From the NCBI GenBank assembly GCA_965204575.1, contig OZ241993.1, positions 1,440,001 to 1,504,000 on the forward strand: a stretch of 64,000 nt of DNA, written 5' to 3'. A program made the translations under genes and the position numbers. The notes below the pieces were generated by a model. It did not search any database, was not told the origin of the DNA, and saw only the letters and a program-made list of their open reading frames with translations. The DNA is from an uncultured candidatus Porisulfidus sp. Lineage in GTDB: Bacteria; Pseudomonadota; Gammaproteobacteria; Poriferisulfidales; Poriferisulfidaceae. Below, piece by piece: positions 1 to 13,258 of this stretch (the first letter of the stretch is position 1; every line of letters starts with the position of its first letter).

Positions 1-1
1 C

Positions 2-628
2 GTGGCGATGGTCTTCGATGCACTGGATGGACGGGTCGCCCGCCTGACGGACACGGCCAGCGAATTCGGCCTGCATTACGACAGCCTGAGCGACATGCTC
101 GCATTTGGCGTGGCGCCCGCACTGGTGCTGTACGAATGGAGCTTGCAGTTCATGCAGCCGGTCGGCAGTGAGTGGGCGAAGCTCGGCTGGCTGGGGGCTT
201 TCTTCTACATGGCGGCGGTCGGCTTGCGATTGGCGCGCTTCAACACGCACGCCCACTCCCAGGACCGGGCCTTTTTCCGTGGCCTGCCGAGCCCGGCGGC
301 GGCAGGGACCCTGATGGCGGGCATGTGGGTTGCCGACAGTTACGGCTACGCCGGCACTGAACTCAAGGAGGTGGCGTTGGCGGCGACCCTGCTGATCGCC
401 GTTTTGCTGGTCAGCCGGTTCAGCTACTACAGCTTCAAGGAAACCCGGCCCAAGTTCCGTGTCGGCCTGATCACCTGGCTGGCCATCTTGGGAGCACTGC
501 TGCTGTTTTCGATCCACCCGCCAAACGTATTGCTGCTGCTGTTCGGCGGCTATGCACTGTCCGGGCCAATGCTGTATCTGGTCCGATTGCGCCGCCGCGG
601 AGGACGCCGCAGCGAACCTCAATCCTGA
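2..628 (+). CDS. pssA: CDP-diacylglycerol--serine O-phosphatidyltransferase (5' truncated by window)
   Basis: CDP-alcohol phosphotransferase motif DALDGRVAR...FG...DSLSD, RLARFN, FxGLPSPAAA. Confidence 0.92.
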   Translation: MAMVFDALDGRVARLTDTASEFGLHYDSLSDMLAFGVAPALVLYEWSLQFMQPVGSEWAKLGWLGAFFYMAAVGLRLARFNTHAHSQDRAFFRGLPSPAAAGTLMAGMWVADSYGYAGTELKEVALAATLLIAVLLVSRFSYYSFKETRPKFRVGLITWLAILGALLLFSIHPPNVLLLLFGGYALSGPMLYLVRLRRRGGRRSEPQS

Positions 629-1128
629 GGCTCGGGTTTTCGAGGGGTTCTGGCAAGCGCCCGGGGGGCGACCAGGATGCCGTCCGGGTCGGCGCAGACC
701 CAATGTCCGGGGGTGAAGTCGATTCCGGCAAAATGGACCGGAACATCGCGATCCCCGATTCCCCGCTTCACGCTTTTCAAGGGATTCGTGTCCAGCGCCT
801 TGACACCGATCTGGATGGTGGCGATGACCGCAGAGTCGCGGATACAGCCATTGACAATGACGCCGGCCCACTGGTGTTCATGCGCCATGGCGGCGAGGAT
901 GTCGCCGAGCAATGCGCACTGCATGGAGGCGGAGCCGTCCACGACCAAGACGCGGCCGTTCCCTTCCTCTTCCAGTGCTTCCCGGACTTTCGAGTTGTCG
1001 TTCTGGCAACTGACCGTGGAAATCGGACCTGCGAATGCGGGGAGCCCCCCGTAATCGCGAAATCCCGGTTCGGCGATCCGGACTTCATCCGGGTACTGGT
1101 CGGAAATGTCGGCAGTGGCGAGCGTCAT
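619..1128 (-). CDS. rraA: RraA family protein (ribonuclease E regulator / HMG aldolase-like)
   Basis: MTLATADISD, GRVLVVDG, ALLGD, GCIRDS, ADPDGI motifs; AGGAG RBS before ATG at 1128. Confidence 0.88.
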   Translation of the reverse strand: MTLATADISDQYPDEVRIAEPGFRDYGGLPAFAGPISTVSCQNDNSKVREALEEEGNGRVLVVDGSASMQCALLGDILAAMAHEHQWAGVIVNGCIRDSAVIATIQIGVKALDTNPLKSVKRGIGDRDVPVHFAGIDFTPGHWVCADPDGILVAPRALARTPRKPEPQD

Positions 1129-1253
1129 GAGAAGGCTCCTTGAATCTGAGGGATGGGGATTTATCTTCGCGAGGTTGCCATTGTAGGGCAAGGGTATTTG
1201 GCTTCTGGTTCCGTTTTGGGCATTGGGGCGACATTTCAGCGGCAATTGGGCAA

Positions 1254-1282
1254 TTGATCCCAATATGGGATCATGCTAACAT
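1254..1282 (+). promoter_or_regulatory. higBA promoter with overlapping operator palindrome
   Basis: TTGATC-17 bp-TAACAT with extended -10 TG; inverted repeat TGATCCCA-ATA-TGGGATCA at 1255-1273. Confidence 0.65.
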
Positions 1283-1290
1283 TGCCGGGC

Positions 1291-1593
1291 ATGAGGGTTA
1301 TTGCGCTGGCAACGTTGAGAGGGTTTCTGAATGCTGCACCAGCGTATGCCGACGCACGCGAGCCGGTCATGGCATGGTATCGGGAAGTCAAGGCCGCGGA
1401 TTGGAAGAAACCATCCGAGATCAAACAGGATTTCCGCAGCGCCAGCATCCTCAAAGATGGAAGAGTGGTGTTCAATATTGCGGGAAACAAGTATCGGATC
1501 GTGGTGTGGATCAATTACCCGTACCGGGTCGTGTACATCCGGTTTATTGGAACCCACAAAATGTACGATGCCATTGACGCGCAATCGATTTGA
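1291..1593 (+). CDS. higB: HigB family toxin (type II TA)
   Basis: MRVIA start, VVFNIAGNKYRIV, FIGTHKMYD motifs; precedes an HTH antitoxin. Confidence 0.9.
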   Translation: MRVIALATLRGFLNAAPAYADAREPVMAWYREVKAADWKKPSEIKQDFRSASILKDGRVVFNIAGNKYRIVVWINYPYRVVYIRFIGTHKMYDAIDAQSI

Positions 1594-1601
1594 GGCAAAA
1601 A

Positions 1602-1982
1602 ATGGAAATTGCACCGATCAAAACGAAACGCGATTACCTTCGCACGCTCAAGGAAATTGAGGGTCTAATGACGGCCAAGCGCAATACGCCGGAAGGGGAT
1701 CGCCTAGATGTCCTCGTGACACTCGTCGAAGCCTGGGAAACCAGAAATTATCCCCTCGACCTGCCCGATCCTGTTGCTGCTATCCGGCACCATATGGAGC
1801 AAAACGGGCTGGCGCCGAAAGACCTGGTTCCGTACATCGGTGGGCGCAACCGGGTTTACGAGGTATTGAACCGGAAGCGGGCATTGAGTCTCAAAATGAT
1901 TTGGCGGCTGCACAAAGGGCTTGGGATTCCTGCGGAATCGCTGATTAAGTTTGACCATGACGTGACGCAGGCCGCAGGCTGA
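1602..1982 (+). CDS. higA: HigA family HTH antitoxin
   Basis: IAPIKTKRDY...PDPVAAI...EVLNRKRALSLKMI...GIPAESL, typical of HigA. Confidence 0.9.
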   Translation: MEIAPIKTKRDYLRTLKEIEGLMTAKRNTPEGDRLDVLVTLVEAWETRNYPLDLPDPVAAIRHHMEQNGLAPKDLVPYIGGRNRVYEVLNRKRALSLKMIWRLHKGLGIPAESLIKFDHDVTQAAG

Positions 1983-2046
1983 CAGCGTAGTTTCAGTTGG
2001 GGAAGCTGCCCCGCCAGACTGCTAGGGCTGGAAAAACAGCACCGGT

Positions 2047-2535
2047 TTAGCGCAGCCCGATTGTCGACAACTCTTTCTGTAAATCCGATGAGTCGAGAGT
2101 CTCTAGCGGCAGGTCCAGCAGGGCCTTGACGCGAGATTCCAGATGGTCTCGAACCTCTCGGAAACAGCCAAGGGTTTCCTCTTCGCTTCCAGCGAAGGTG
2201 TAAGGATCTCGAGTCCCCCAATGCGCCCGGATGACGGAACCGGGAAACCAGGGACAGGTTTCGCCTGCTGCGGAGTCGCAAAGGGTCAGGATCGAATTAA
2301 AAGGTTGGCCGGCGAATTCGTCCCAGGACTTGCTGCGTGCATCACTTGCATCGATGCCGAGCTCAGCCAGCACTTTCAGGGCCAGGGGATGGACAACTCC
2401 GGCAGGATGACTGCCGGCGCTGCATGCGCGGACGCGATCGCTGCCATGGTGGGAGAGAAGGGCCTCCGCCATGATGCTGCGGCACATGTTTCCCGTACAA
2501 ACGAACAGGACAGAAAAAGGGGAATTCGTTTTCAA
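2047..2535 (-). CDS. arsC: Arsenate reductase, LMW-PTP family
   Basis: VLFVCTGNMCRS P-loop, LCDSAAGETCP, HWG..DP. Confidence 0.8.
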   Translation of the reverse strand: MKTNSPFSVLFVCTGNMCRSIMAEALLSHHGSDRVRACSAGSHPAGVVHPLALKVLAELGIDASDARSKSWDEFAGQPFNSILTLCDSAAGETCPWFPGSVIRAHWGTRDPYTFAGSEEETLGCFREVRDHLESRVKALLDLPLETLDSSDLQKELSTIGLR

Positions 2536-3902
2536 AACGGAAGATCCAGTTCCGAGTCCACGGCAAGCATTTGGCTCCGAAACTCGCCCTGGATCCGCTT
2601 AATGACGTCCGGGGTCGTGCCTTCGAAGCGGGTCACCACATACGGCGTTGTATTGGAGGCCCGAGCCAGTCCGAACCCGTCATCGAAATCTGCACGGACG
2701 CCATCAATCCGGGTCAAACGGGCTCCAGGGAATTCGGCGCGGGCCGAAAACTTCTCGATAAACCGGTGCTGGTCGCCGTCGATTTCAAACGGGATGTTGA
2801 TTTCCGGCGTGACGCAGGCTTGGGGCAGGGCGGCAAAGACCGTACTGGCAGGTTCTCCCTTTTCGGCCAGAATCTGCAGCAGCCGGGCAGCGGCATAAAT
2901 GCCGTCGTCGAACCCGTACCAGCGCTCTCGGAAGAACAGGTGCCCACTCATCTCGCCCGCAAGGGCGGCTTGGGTTTCGTGCATCTTCGCCTTGATGAAC
3001 GAATGACCGGTTCGAGCCATCACTGGCGCACCGCCGGACTCTTCGATGACCCGCGGCAGCAGGCTGGAGCACTTGACGTCGAACACCACGGTGGCGCCCG
3101 GTTCACGCTTGAGCACGTCGGCGGCATGAACCATCAACTGTCGGTCCGCCCACAGGACCTCTCCTTCGTCGTCGACCACACCGCAGCGGTCGCCGTCGCC
3201 ATCCAGCGCTATGCCTATCTCCAGCCCGTCTTGCAGCACGCGAGCCTTCAGGTCTTGCAGGTTCTTCGCATCGCTTGGATTGGGGTGATGGTTTGGGAAA
3301 TTGCCGTCCACGTCGCAGTACAGTTCTGTCACATCCGCTCCACAGGCGCGCAATACTTGAACGGCGATGGGGCCGGCGACGCCGTTGCCGGCATCCAGTG
3401 CGACGCGCATCGGCCGAGTCAGCTGGACATCTTCGGCGATTCGCTTGACGTAGGCTTCCGACACGTCCTTCTCGATCTGATTCCCTCCGCCTGGGCAGGG
3501 CAGGTCTTGCAGCATGCGCGCGCGCAGAGCCTGGATGTCGTTGCCCGCAAGCGTATGGCCTTGCAGAACCATCTTGAATCCGTTGTATTCGGGGGGATTG
3601 TGGCTTCCAGTCACCATGACGCCGGATCCATGACCGAGTTCGTGGGTCGCGAAATACAGGGCCGGGGTGGGCACTTGCCCGACATCGTGCACGGTGATGC
3701 CGGCATCGGACAAGCCTTTGATCAAGGCTGAGGCCAAGGCATCGCTTGAATGGCGCCCGTCACGGCCGACGGCTATTTCCCGGGCTCCCGGGTATTCGGC
3801 CGATATAGCCCGGCCGAGTTGCCGCGCGAAAGCCTCCGAAAGTTCGCTGCCGGCAATGCCCCGGATGTCGTAGGCTCGGAAAATGTGCTCAGGGATCGTC
3901 AT
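2532..3902 (-). CDS. algC: Phosphomannomutase/phosphoglucomutase
   Basis: [26 protein letters not shown] motifs. Confidence 0.93.
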   Translation of the reverse strand: MTIPEHIFRAYDIRGIAGSELSEAFARQLGRAISAEYPGAREIAVGRDGRHSSDALASALIKGLSDAGITVHDVGQVPTPALYFATHELGHGSGVMVTGSHNPPEYNGFKMVLQGHTLAGNDIQALRARMLQDLPCPGGGNQIEKDVSEAYVKRIAEDVQLTRPMRVALDAGNGVAGPIAVQVLRACGADVTELYCDVDGNFPNHHPNPSDAKNLQDLKARVLQDGLEIGIALDGDGDRCGVVDDEGEVLWADRQLMVHAADVLKREPGATVVFDVKCSSLLPRVIEESGGAPVMARTGHSFIKAKMHETQAALAGEMSGHLFFRERWYGFDDGIYAAARLLQILAEKGEPASTVFAALPQACVTPEINIPFEIDGDQHRFIEKFSARAEFPGARLTRIDGVRADFDDGFGLARASNTTPYVVTRFEGTTPDVIKRIQGEFRSQMLAVDSELDLPF

Positions 3903-4354
3903 TCTTTGCCAGTATGTCCAAACCCGCCGGCACCCCGTGCGCTTTGCGGGAATTCCTCGACAATTTTAAATTCGACTTGTTGCACGGGTACGACGACTAA
4001 TTGCGCGATACGTTCGCCGACTTCAATGGTAAAAGTGTCGCGCCCGCGATTCCAGCACGAGATCATGATTTCTCCCTGGTAGTCGGAGTCGATCAGTCCG
4101 ACCAAGTTGCCGAGCACGATGCCGTGCTTGTGGCCGAGTCCGGAACGCGGCAGGATCAGCGCGGCGTAGCCGGGGTCTGCGATGTGGACAGCGAATCCGG
4201 CCGGAACCAATTCGGACTGGCCGGGTTCGAGCGTCAGGGGTTCCTGCAGGCAGGCGCGAAGGTCCAGCCCGGCCGAGCCTTCGGTCGCGTGGGTCGGAAG
4301 CTCGATGGAATCGCCGAGCCGTCTATCGAGAATGCGTAGTTCGACGGGCAGCAT
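3899..4354 (-). CDS. dut: dUTP diphosphatase
   Basis: [32 protein letters not shown]. Confidence 0.96.
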   Translation of the reverse strand: MLPVELRILDRRLGDSIELPTHATEGSAGLDLRACLQEPLTLEPGQSELVPAGFAVHIADPGYAALILPRSGLGHKHGIVLGNLVGLIDSDYQGEIMISCWNRGRDTFTIEVGERIAQLVVVPVQQVEFKIVEEFPQSARGAGGFGHTGKE

Positions 4355-5567
4355 GGGAGAAGTCGACTACCGAGGAGGCGGGGGACAGTCGCGCTGCAAT
4401 GTGATCGACCAATTGCCGCGCCAAAGTGCTCTTGGAGTCCGGGCCGAATCGCACGGCGGAATCGGCATCCACCACCTCAAGCATCGTTTCTGTTTCTCCG
4501 AACCCGTCATCCGGTCCGATCCGGTTGGCGACCATGAGGTCGGCGTTCTTGGCGCGCAGCTTGGTGCGGGCGTTCTCTTCCAGGTTTTCGGTTTCCGCTG
4601 CAAATCCCACGAGAAACGGCCGGGGCTCCTTTTGCCCGAGAGTGGCCAGGATGTCGGGAGTGGGTTCCAGTTCCAAAGTTCGCGGCTCTTGAGATTTCCG
4701 GGTTTTCCGGCCGGTGATTTCCCGGGGACGCCAGTCCGCGACCGCGGCATTCGCGACCAGCAACTGACAGTCGCCCACATGCGCCATTACTGCGTCCAGC
4801 ATTTCGGCGGCAGTCGTAACCGCCACGCAATCAGCATCCGGTGGCAACGGGATGTCGATCGGGCCATGAATCAGGGTGACCTGGGCGCCGCGCTCCAGCA
4901 AGGCGTCGACGATCGCGCAGCCCATTCGACCAGTGCTGAAGTTGCTGATGAAGCGGGCGGGATCAATCGGCTCCCGGGTCGGCCCCGCCGTGACGACGGC
5001 GTGCACGCCCTTCAGTGCTGAATCCGTACCGAGTTCTTCGATGGCGGCTCGCAAATATTCCGGATCGGGCAGGCGGCCCGGCCCGGTCTCGCCGCACGCC
5101 TGTTCGCCGACGTCCGGGCTGATGACTTGGATTCCACGCTCGGTGAGGGCATGGACATGTTCTTGGGTTGCGGGGTTTTCCCACATCGCCGCGTTCATGG
5201 CTGGCGCGACCAGGATCGGGGCGCGCGTGGCCAGGCACAGGGTCATCAGGAGATCGTCGGCCAAGCCGCCCGCAAGCTTGGCCAGGCAGTGGGCGGAGGC
5301 CGGCGCGATGACCACGGCATCCGCCCATCGGGCCAACTCGATGTGGCTCATCGACATCTCCGCCTCGCGGTCGAACAATGCGGTGCGCACGGGCCTGTGG
5401 CTGATCGCCTCGAATGTCATGGCACCGACGAACTGCTCCGCCGCCGGGCTCATGACGACCTGCACCTCGGCGCCGTCCCGGATCAGCAGGCGCACCAGTT
5501 CGCAGGCCTTGTAGGCGGCGATGCTGCCGGTGATGCCGAGCAGCACTTTCCTGTATCTAAGCGTCAT
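4323..5567 (-). CDS. coaBC: Phosphopantothenoylcysteine decarboxylase/ligase
   Basis: [32 protein letters not shown]. Confidence 0.96.
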   Translation of the reverse strand: MTLRYRKVLLGITGSIAAYKACELVRLLIRDGAEVQVVMSPAAEQFVGAMTFEAISHRPVRTALFDREAEMSMSHIELARWADAVVIAPASAHCLAKLAGGLADDLLMTLCLATRAPILVAPAMNAAMWENPATQEHVHALTERGIQVISPDVGEQACGETGPGRLPDPEYLRAAIEELGTDSALKGVHAVVTAGPTREPIDPARFISNFSTGRMGCAIVDALLERGAQVTLIHGPIDIPLPPDADCVAVTTAAEMLDAVMAHVGDCQLLVANAAVADWRPREITGRKTRKSQEPRTLELEPTPDILATLGQKEPRPFLVGFAAETENLEENARTKLRAKNADLMVANRIGPDDGFGETETMLEVVDADSAVRFGPDSKSTLARQLVDHIAARLSPASSVVDFSHAARRTTHSR

Positions 5568-6712
5568 CCTTTCAGTTTAGCAGGGCAACAGGCGGCGAGC
5601 GCTTCGCTGAACTGCTCGATTTGCTCGCGTGTGTGGCGGGCCGACAAGGTGATGCGCAGCCGGGAAGTGCCTTCAGGCACGGTGGGAGGGCGGATGGCGC
5701 AGACGGCGAAATCCTGTTCCGATAGGGAGCGGCTGGCCGCGAGCGCGGATTCCGGGTCATTCAGGATCAGGGGTTGGATGGCGGTACGCGATGGCTGCAA
5801 TGGCAATTCGTGTTGCTCCGCACATTGAAGGAAGTATTCAATGTTGTCGCGTAAGCGTGCCCGGTGCTCCGGTTCGTTAATCAGCAGTTGCAGGGCTTGA
5901 TCCGCGGCCGCCGCGAGTGGCGGGGCCAGTGCGGTGCTGTAGCCATAACTGCGGGCGTACTGGAGGAGATGCTCGATCAGGTCGGCGGGTCCGGCGACGA
6001 AACCGCCTTGGGCGCCCAGCGCCTTGCCCAAGGTTCCCACTAGCAGTGGAACTTCTACTTGCGAAAGCCTGGTCTCTTCGAGTAACCCGCCTCCGTGGGC
6101 CCCCAGCACGCCAATGCCGTGGGCGTCGTCGCATAGCAGCAAAGCATCATGCGCGCGAGCGGCGGCGGCCAACTCGGTCACCGGCGCGGTATCGCCGTCC
6201 ATGCTGAATACGCCGTCGGTCAAAATCAGCTGGGCCTGGTGTTCCTGCAGCAGCCGGGCCGCGTCGGCGGCGTCGGCATGTCGATAACGCAGGCACCGGG
6301 CGCGTGACAGGCGAGCGGCGTCCAGCAGCGAGGCGTGGTTCAGGCGATCTTCGACAAGAGTGTCGCCGCGCTCGGCCAGCGCCTGCACGGTTCCGAGGTT
6401 GGTGAGATAGCCGGCGCTGAATACCAACGCCCGGTCGCGCCCGGTAAAGGCGGCGAGGCGTTCCTCCAGCAACTGGTGGATCTCGGTGTAGCCGGTGATC
6501 AGCGGCGAGGCGCCCGCGCCCGCACCGTAGCGCTTGGCCGCAGACGCCATTGCCTCGCAAACCCGGGGATCGCGACTCAGCCCAAGGTAATCGTTGTCGC
6601 ACCAGATTGATTGGGGGCGGCCGTCCAGGGAGACGCTATCGGCATCGGCTGCCCCGCGCAGGATTCGCTGCCGCCGCAGAATCGCCGGGCGCGGGCGGCG
6701 CCAGTCCTTCAT
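5564..6712 (-). CDS. bioF: 8-amino-7-oxononanoate synthase
   Basis: NDYLGL, NHASL, DGVFSMDGD, DDAHG, TLGKA, IRPPTVP. Confidence 0.95.
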   Translation of the reverse strand: MKDWRRPRPAILRRQRILRGAADADSVSLDGRPQSIWCDNDYLGLSRDPRVCEAMASAAKRYGAGAGASPLITGYTEIHQLLEERLAAFTGRDRALVFSAGYLTNLGTVQALAERGDTLVEDRLNHASLLDAARLSRARCLRYRHADAADAARLLQEHQAQLILTDGVFSMDGDTAPVTELAAAARAHDALLLCDDAHGIGVLGAHGGGLLEETRLSQVEVPLLVGTLGKALGAQGGFVAGPADLIEHLLQYARSYGYSTALAPPLAAAADQALQLLINEPEHRARLRDNIEYFLQCAEQHELPLQPSRTAIQPLILNDPESALAASRSLSEQDFAVCAIRPPTVPEGTSRLRITLSARHTREQIEQFSEALAACCPAKLKG

Positions 6713-6719
6713 GGGAGGC

Positions 6720-7688
6720 TCAGGGGGCCGAAGAAGGGTTTTGTTGCGCCGTCAGGCCTAGGCGGGAGAACAGCGCCTGGTCGCGGGCGGTGTCGGGATT
6801 GGGCGTCGTCAGGAGAATCTCGCCGTAGAAGATAGAGTTGGCTCCGGCTACAAAGCACAATGCCTGCAACTCGTCGCTCATGTCTTCGCGCCCTGCAGAC
6901 AGGCGGACCATGGAGTGGGGCATGGTGATCCGCGCCGCCGCAATGGTACGCACGAACTCGAGCGGGTCCAGGGCTTCCGCTTCGCCCAAGGGGGTTCCCG
7001 ATACTCGTATCAGGAGATTGATCGGGACCGATTCCGGATGTGGGTCCTGAGTGGCGAGCTGGGTCAAAAGCCCGGCTCGGTCTTTCCGAGACTCACCCAT
7101 CCCGAGGATGCCGCCGCAACATACCCGGATGCCGGAGTCTCGGACATGCTGCAACGTGTCTAGGCGGTCCTGATAGGTTCGGGTGGTGATGATCTCGCCG
7201 TAGAACTCCGGCGAGGTATCCAGGTTGTGGTTGTAGTAGTCGAGGCCGCAGTCCGCGAGACGTTTTGCTTGTTCATGGCTCAGCATTCCCAGCGTCACGC
7301 AGGTCTCAAGTCCCTGTTCGCGCACCACCTCGATCATTTGCACCACACCGTCCAGATCACGGTCGGTTGGCGAACGCCAGGCTGCGCCCATGCAGAACCG
7401 GGTTGCGCCACTGTCTACCGCATGGCGGGCAGCCTCCCGGACCGTATCCAGATCCAGCAGTTTTTCCCGATCCAGCCCGGTCTGGTAATGCGCGCTCTGC
7501 GGGCAATAGGCGCAATCTTCCGGGCAGCCGCCGGTCTTGATTGACAGCAGGGTGCTGATCTGCACCTGGTTGGGATCATGGCAGGCACGATGGATGGTTT
7601 GCGCCTGATGAATCAGGTCGCTGAACGGGCGATTCAGAAGATCGCGGACTTCAGCGAGAGTCCAGTCGTGACGGGCGGCGTGGGACAT
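6720..7688 (-). CDS. bioB: Biotin synthase
   Basis: Radical [30 protein letters not shown]; start chosen at MSHAARHDW. Confidence 0.96.
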   Translation of the reverse strand: MSHAARHDWTLAEVRDLLNRPFSDLIHQAQTIHRACHDPNQVQISTLLSIKTGGCPEDCAYCPQSAHYQTGLDREKLLDLDTVREAARHAVDSGATRFCMGAAWRSPTDRDLDGVVQMIEVVREQGLETCVTLGMLSHEQAKRLADCGLDYYNHNLDTSPEFYGEIITTRTYQDRLDTLQHVRDSGIRVCCGGILGMGESRKDRAGLLTQLATQDPHPESVPINLLIRVSGTPLGEAEALDPLEFVRTIAAARITMPHSMVRLSAGREDMSDELQALCFVAGANSIFYGEILLTTPNPDTARDQALFSRLGLTAQQNPSSAP

Positions 7689-7720
7689 GTGCAGGGGCGC
7701 CAGTGTCTGATTCCTTCCCA

Positions 7721-8644
7721 TCAGAATGCTGTGGCAGAGGCGTGTCGAATCATTTTGCCGTGTGTGCTGCAATGCGGGTTAGCCTTCCCAATAATTGAAT
7801 AGGCTCTTTTTGCCAGTTCTGCCAAAACGTCCGATTGCGATTCAATGCTGTTTTTAGTCAAGCGTAAGCGGTAGAACGCTCCATCATGTCCGTCTGTGTC
7901 GAAATCAGCTTCACTGATAATATTGTCAACTTCTTCGGTTTGAGGCAGAAGTATAAACAGTTTGAGTCCGGATTTCTGCGGGCGGAGCCGAAAAAAATTC
8001 TGAACCGTTCCATCTTTTTCTAATCCTATATAGTGCTTGTTGTATTTTAATTTCACAGCCTCATCCATGCCGCGGATAATCTCCAGAACCTGATCAGCCA
8101 AATCCACGGTTTCTTTTGTGGCTCGCTTCTCCCAATACGGACGGTCTGTCGGTTCAGCATAGCTATCGTCGTCGGTCACATCTCGTAATAGTTCATCGAC
8201 TACTTTAGTGAAGACCAAGGTTACCTTGTCCCCGACCTTTATGGCCTGCATTTGAATTGCAATAATAGGTATTGCGCTGTTGAAAAGCGAGATAACATTT
8301 AGGAACCGGCTTGTGACATCTTCCGCGACGAGAACCGCGCAATGGTCGTATTGTGGATAACGTTTTTGCTCTATATCCCAATATTCAAGGGTTCGGATGA
8401 TGTGGGATGCGTCTGTTGCCCCAAGCTGAAGTTCGACTACGTAGCGCCGATCTGTGCTTGGATCCTGAAGCAAAAGATCGAGTCGGCCCGCACGAGGCTG
8501 CCGTTTCTCTCTGCGCCTGAGCTCAAGGTCGCCAAGTAACAGGATAGAAGGGTCTTCGGCGATATGGGTTTGCACCCAGTTCTCATCGTACTCAGGGTGA
8601 TTCTTTAACTTTACATGAACTGGTTTAACGTAAGGTTCGCTCAT
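7721..8644 (-). CDS. PD-(D/E)XK nuclease-like protein (NucS-like N-terminus, DUF5655-like C-terminus)
   Basis: E...RLDLLL...VVELQLG...HIIRTLEYW pattern; [10 protein letters not shown]-terminal domain; visibly lower GC than flanks. Confidence 0.55.
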   Translation of the reverse strand: MSEPYVKPVHVKLKNHPEYDENWVQTHIAEDPSILLLGDLELRRREKRQPRAGRLDLLLQDPSTDRRYVVELQLGATDASHIIRTLEYWDIEQKRYPQYDHCAVLVAEDVTSRFLNVISLFNSAIPIIAIQMQAIKVGDKVTLVFTKVVDELLRDVTDDDSYAEPTDRPYWEKRATKETVDLADQVLEIIRGMDEAVKLKYNKHYIGLEKDGTVQNFFRLRPQKSGLKLFILLPQTEEVDNIISEADFDTDGHDGAFYRLRLTKNSIESQSDVLAELAKRAYSIIGKANPHCSTHGKMIRHASATAF

Positions 8645-8717
8645 CGTTCTAGCAGAGATATATAGAGTCTACATTATAGTGAACAAGAACCATGGCGGTT
8701 GATTGAGTGAACTGGCC

Positions 8718-9605
8718 TCACGAGCCAGTCAGGGCCAGGGCAATGCCTGCCCAGATCGCCGCCCCGACCCAGACGTTATCGTTGAAAGCCCAGAAGCAGG
8801 CCTTCGGATCCCGGTCGCGGACTCGCCAAATCTGATTGGCGACCAGTGCGAGGGCTATCGCCAGCCCGCTGTAGTAGGCGGGAGGCAGGGAGAGCCGAAT
8901 TCCGAGCAGTAACATCGTCAACAGGAACAATCCTTGCAGCAACGCCACCATGAACAGGTCGGCGGAGCCGAACAAGATGGCGGTGGACCGGTTGCCGGCC
9001 GCCAGGTCTTCCTCCCGATCCGCCATGGCGTACAGCGTGTCGTAGGCGACCACCCACAGCACGGTGGCAAGGAACGCAAGCCACCCCCAGGCTTCCGGCC
9101 AGTCTCCGGTGTATGCGCTGATGGCCATCGGCACGGCCCACGCGAAGCTGAATCCGAGATGAAGTTGCGGCAGGTGATGCCACCGCTTGGCGAATGGATA
9201 AGTGGCAGCCAGAAGGACGGCCGGCACGGCCAGCGCCAGGGTCAGCGGGGGTAGCATCAGGGCTAATCCAAGCGCGCCGGCGAGTAGGGCCGCGGTCACC
9301 CCCAGCGCTTCACGAGGCGGGATCTCTCCGCGCGCCAGCGGGCGGTTGCGGGTCCGCTCGACCTGCCGGTCCAATTCCCGGTCCGCGTAGTCGTTGATGG
9401 CGCACCCGGCCGAGCGCATCAGGACCACCCCGGTGATGAAGATCAGCAGCAGCCGGGTCGCCGGGAGGCCGCCTGAGACCAGCCACAGGCTCCACAGGGT
9501 CGGCCACAGCAGCAGCCAGATTCCGACCGGGCGGTCCAGCCGGATCAGCCGGGCGTAGATTCCGAGCCGGTTTTGCAGGGCGGAAAGGGACGGGGAAGCC
9601 GACAT
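8718..9605 (-). CDS. ubiA: 4-hydroxybenzoate octaprenyltransferase
   Basis: RLDRPVG, MRSAGCAINDYADR, YDTLYAMADREED. Confidence 0.95.
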   Translation of the reverse strand: MSASPSLSALQNRLGIYARLIRLDRPVGIWLLLWPTLWSLWLVSGGLPATRLLLIFITGVVLMRSAGCAINDYADRELDRQVERTRNRPLARGEIPPREALGVTAALLAGALGLALMLPPLTLALAVPAVLLAATYPFAKRWHHLPQLHLGFSFAWAVPMAISAYTGDWPEAWGWLAFLATVLWVVAYDTLYAMADREEDLAAGNRSTAILFGSADLFMVALLQGLFLLTMLLLGIRLSLPPAYYSGLAIALALVANQIWRVRDRDPKACFWAFNDNVWVGAAIWAGIALALTGS

Positions 9606-9661
9606 TAATTTGGCACTTTTAAGGTCGATGCATTATGATAGTGTATGGACATTCTCAATAG

Positions 9662-11140
<1,479 letters not shown>

Positions 11141-11143
11141 TCC

Positions 11144-12703
11144 GTGGCCGCGGACATCCATTCCGAACGGATCCTGGTACTGGATTTCGGCTCGCAATAC
11201 GTACAACTGATCGCGCGCCGGGTGCGCGAGGCGGGCTGCTATTGCGAAATCTACGCCTGCGATGCGCCCGAGGAACAGATTCGGGGCTTTGACCCCCGTG
11301 GCGTGATTCTCTCGGGCGGCCCCGAGACCACAACTGAAGACGCCCACCCGCCGGTGCCGGACGCGGTGCTCGACCTCGACGTTCCAGTGCTCGGCATTTG
11401 CTACGGTATGCAGGCGCTGGCTCGCCGCTACGGCGCCGAGGTGCATGCCGGGAAGCGCAGGGAATTCGGCTTGGCGACATTGCGCCGCAATGGAGCGAAC
11501 TCCTTGATGGAAGCGCTTGGCGAAAACTCGGAGGCCGAGGTATGGATGTCGCATGGGGACCACGTGGAGACGGTCCCTGAAGGATTCCGAGTGACGGCAT
11601 CCACCGAGAGCGTGCCCATCGCGGCACTGGAACATGAGTCGCGTCCCTGGTTCGGGCTGCAGTTCCATCCGGAGGTCACTCACACCCCGGGGGGGCAACA
11701 GCTGATCGAAAGTTTCGTGCGGCAATATTGTGGCTGCCATGGGTTGTGGGAGCCCGAGGCCATCATCGAGGACCGCATCGCGACGGTGCGCGCGCAGGTG
11801 GGAAAGGATGGAGTAGTTCTTGCTTTGTCCGGAGGCGTCGATTCGTCGGTCGTGGCGGCGCTGCTGGCCCGGGCCATTGGCGAGCAGTTGACCTGCATCT
11901 TCGTGGACAACGGCCTGCTTCGCGCAGGGGAGGCGGTGCAGGTTCGCGAGACTTTTGCCGAGCATCTGGGCGTTCAGATGATCCAGGTCGATGCCCGGGA
12001 TCGATTTCTCTCCGCCTTGGCCGGGGTGACGGATCCGGAAGACAAGCGGAAGATCATTGGGCGTGAATTCATCCACGTATTCCAGGAGCAGGCGGAGCAG
12101 TTACCGAACGTGCGCTGGCTGGCCCAGGGAACGATCTATCCGGATGTGATCGAATCGGCTGCAGCCGCTACCGGCAAGGCACATCTGATCAAGTCGCACC
12201 ACAACGTCGGCGGCCTGCCGGAAACCCTGCACCTCCAGTTGGTCGAGCCGCTGCGTGAACTGTTCAAGGACGAAGTCCGCCGGGTCGGGCGGACATTGGG
12301 CCTGCCGCAGGAACTGATCGGTCGCCACCCGTTTCCGGGACCGGGGCTGGGAGTCCGCGTGCTGGGCGAAGTCCGTGCCGAATACCTCGAGTTGGCGCGC
12401 GAGGCGGACCGGATCTTCATCGAGGAGCTGCGTGCCTGGGATCTATACGACCAGGTGGCGCAGGCGTTCGTGGTGTTCCTGCCGGTTCGATCGGTGGGCG
12501 TGATGGGTGATGGACGGCGCTACGACTACGTGGTGACCCTGCGTGCGGTAGAGACACAGGATTTCATGACTGCACGATGGGCACGTCTGCCGGACGAGTT
12601 CCTCGACCGCTGCGCGCGGCGCATCATTAACGAGATTGATGGCATTGCCCGGGTGTGCTATGACATCTCCGGCAAGCCGCCCGCAACCGTGGAGTGGGAG
12701 TGA
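11144..12703 (+). CDS. guaA: GMP synthase (glutamine-hydrolysing)
   Basis: [35 protein letters not shown]. Confidence 0.97.
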   Translation: MAADIHSERILVLDFGSQYVQLIARRVREAGCYCEIYACDAPEEQIRGFDPRGVILSGGPETTTEDAHPPVPDAVLDLDVPVLGICYGMQALARRYGAEVHAGKRREFGLATLRRNGANSLMEALGENSEAEVWMSHGDHVETVPEGFRVTASTESVPIAALEHESRPWFGLQFHPEVTHTPGGQQLIESFVRQYCGCHGLWEPEAIIEDRIATVRAQVGKDGVVLALSGGVDSSVVAALLARAIGEQLTCIFVDNGLLRAGEAVQVRETFAEHLGVQMIQVDARDRFLSALAGVTDPEDKRKIIGREFIHVFQEQAEQLPNVRWLAQGTIYPDVIESAAAATGKAHLIKSHHNVGGLPETLHLQLVEPLRELFKDEVRRVGRTLGLPQELIGRHPFPGPGLGVRVLGEVRAEYLELAREADRIFIEELRAWDLYDQVAQAFVVFLPVRSVGVMGDGRRYDYVVTLRAVETQDFMTARWARLPDEFLDRCARRIINEIDGIARVCYDISGKPPATVEWE

Positions 12704-13161
12704 CAGCGGCAGATGCATTCGACGAGGCGATGATGCGTCAGGCCTTGGGTCTGGCGGAGCAGGCGGCGAACGCCGAGGAAGTGCCGGTCGGTGCAGTCGT
12801 GACACTGGAGGGCACGGTGGTGGGCACCGGCCGCAATTGCAGCATCGAACGAAACGATCCCAGCGCGCATGCCGAGGTCGTCGCATTGCGCGAGGCCTGC
12901 CTGAAGGTCGGCAATTACCGCCTGCCGGGCGCCACCCTGTACGTCACGCTCGAGCCTTGCCTGATGTGCGTGGGCGCGACAGTCGCGGCGCGCGTGGCGC
13001 GCGTGGTCTTCGGCGCCGCGGATCCGAAAACGGGTTGTCTCGGCGGCGCGTACGATGTGCGTGAGCTGAATTTCCTGAATCATCGCTTCGCCGTGACTTC
13101 GGGCGTGTGCGCGACGGAAAGCGGAGCTTTGCTCCAGAAATTTTTCCAAGCACGCCGGTGA
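12700..13161 (+). CDS. tadA: tRNA adenosine(34) deaminase
   Basis: [18 protein letters not shown] motifs; GTG start overlapping the guaA stop. Confidence 0.93.
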   Translation: MTAADAFDEAMMRQALGLAEQAANAEEVPVGAVVTLEGTVVGTGRNCSIERNDPSAHAEVVALREACLKVGNYRLPGATLYVTLEPCLMCVGATVAARVARVVFGAADPKTGCLGGAYDVRELNFLNHRFAVTSGVCATESGALLQKFFQARR

Positions 13162-13258
13162 AGATACGCAAACCATCCGGCTCGGCGTGCGGAGCCTATA
13201 CCAAGAATTAGGAGGCTCTTCGAGGTTTCGTGTGGAATCCGTGCTAGAGTAAATCATC

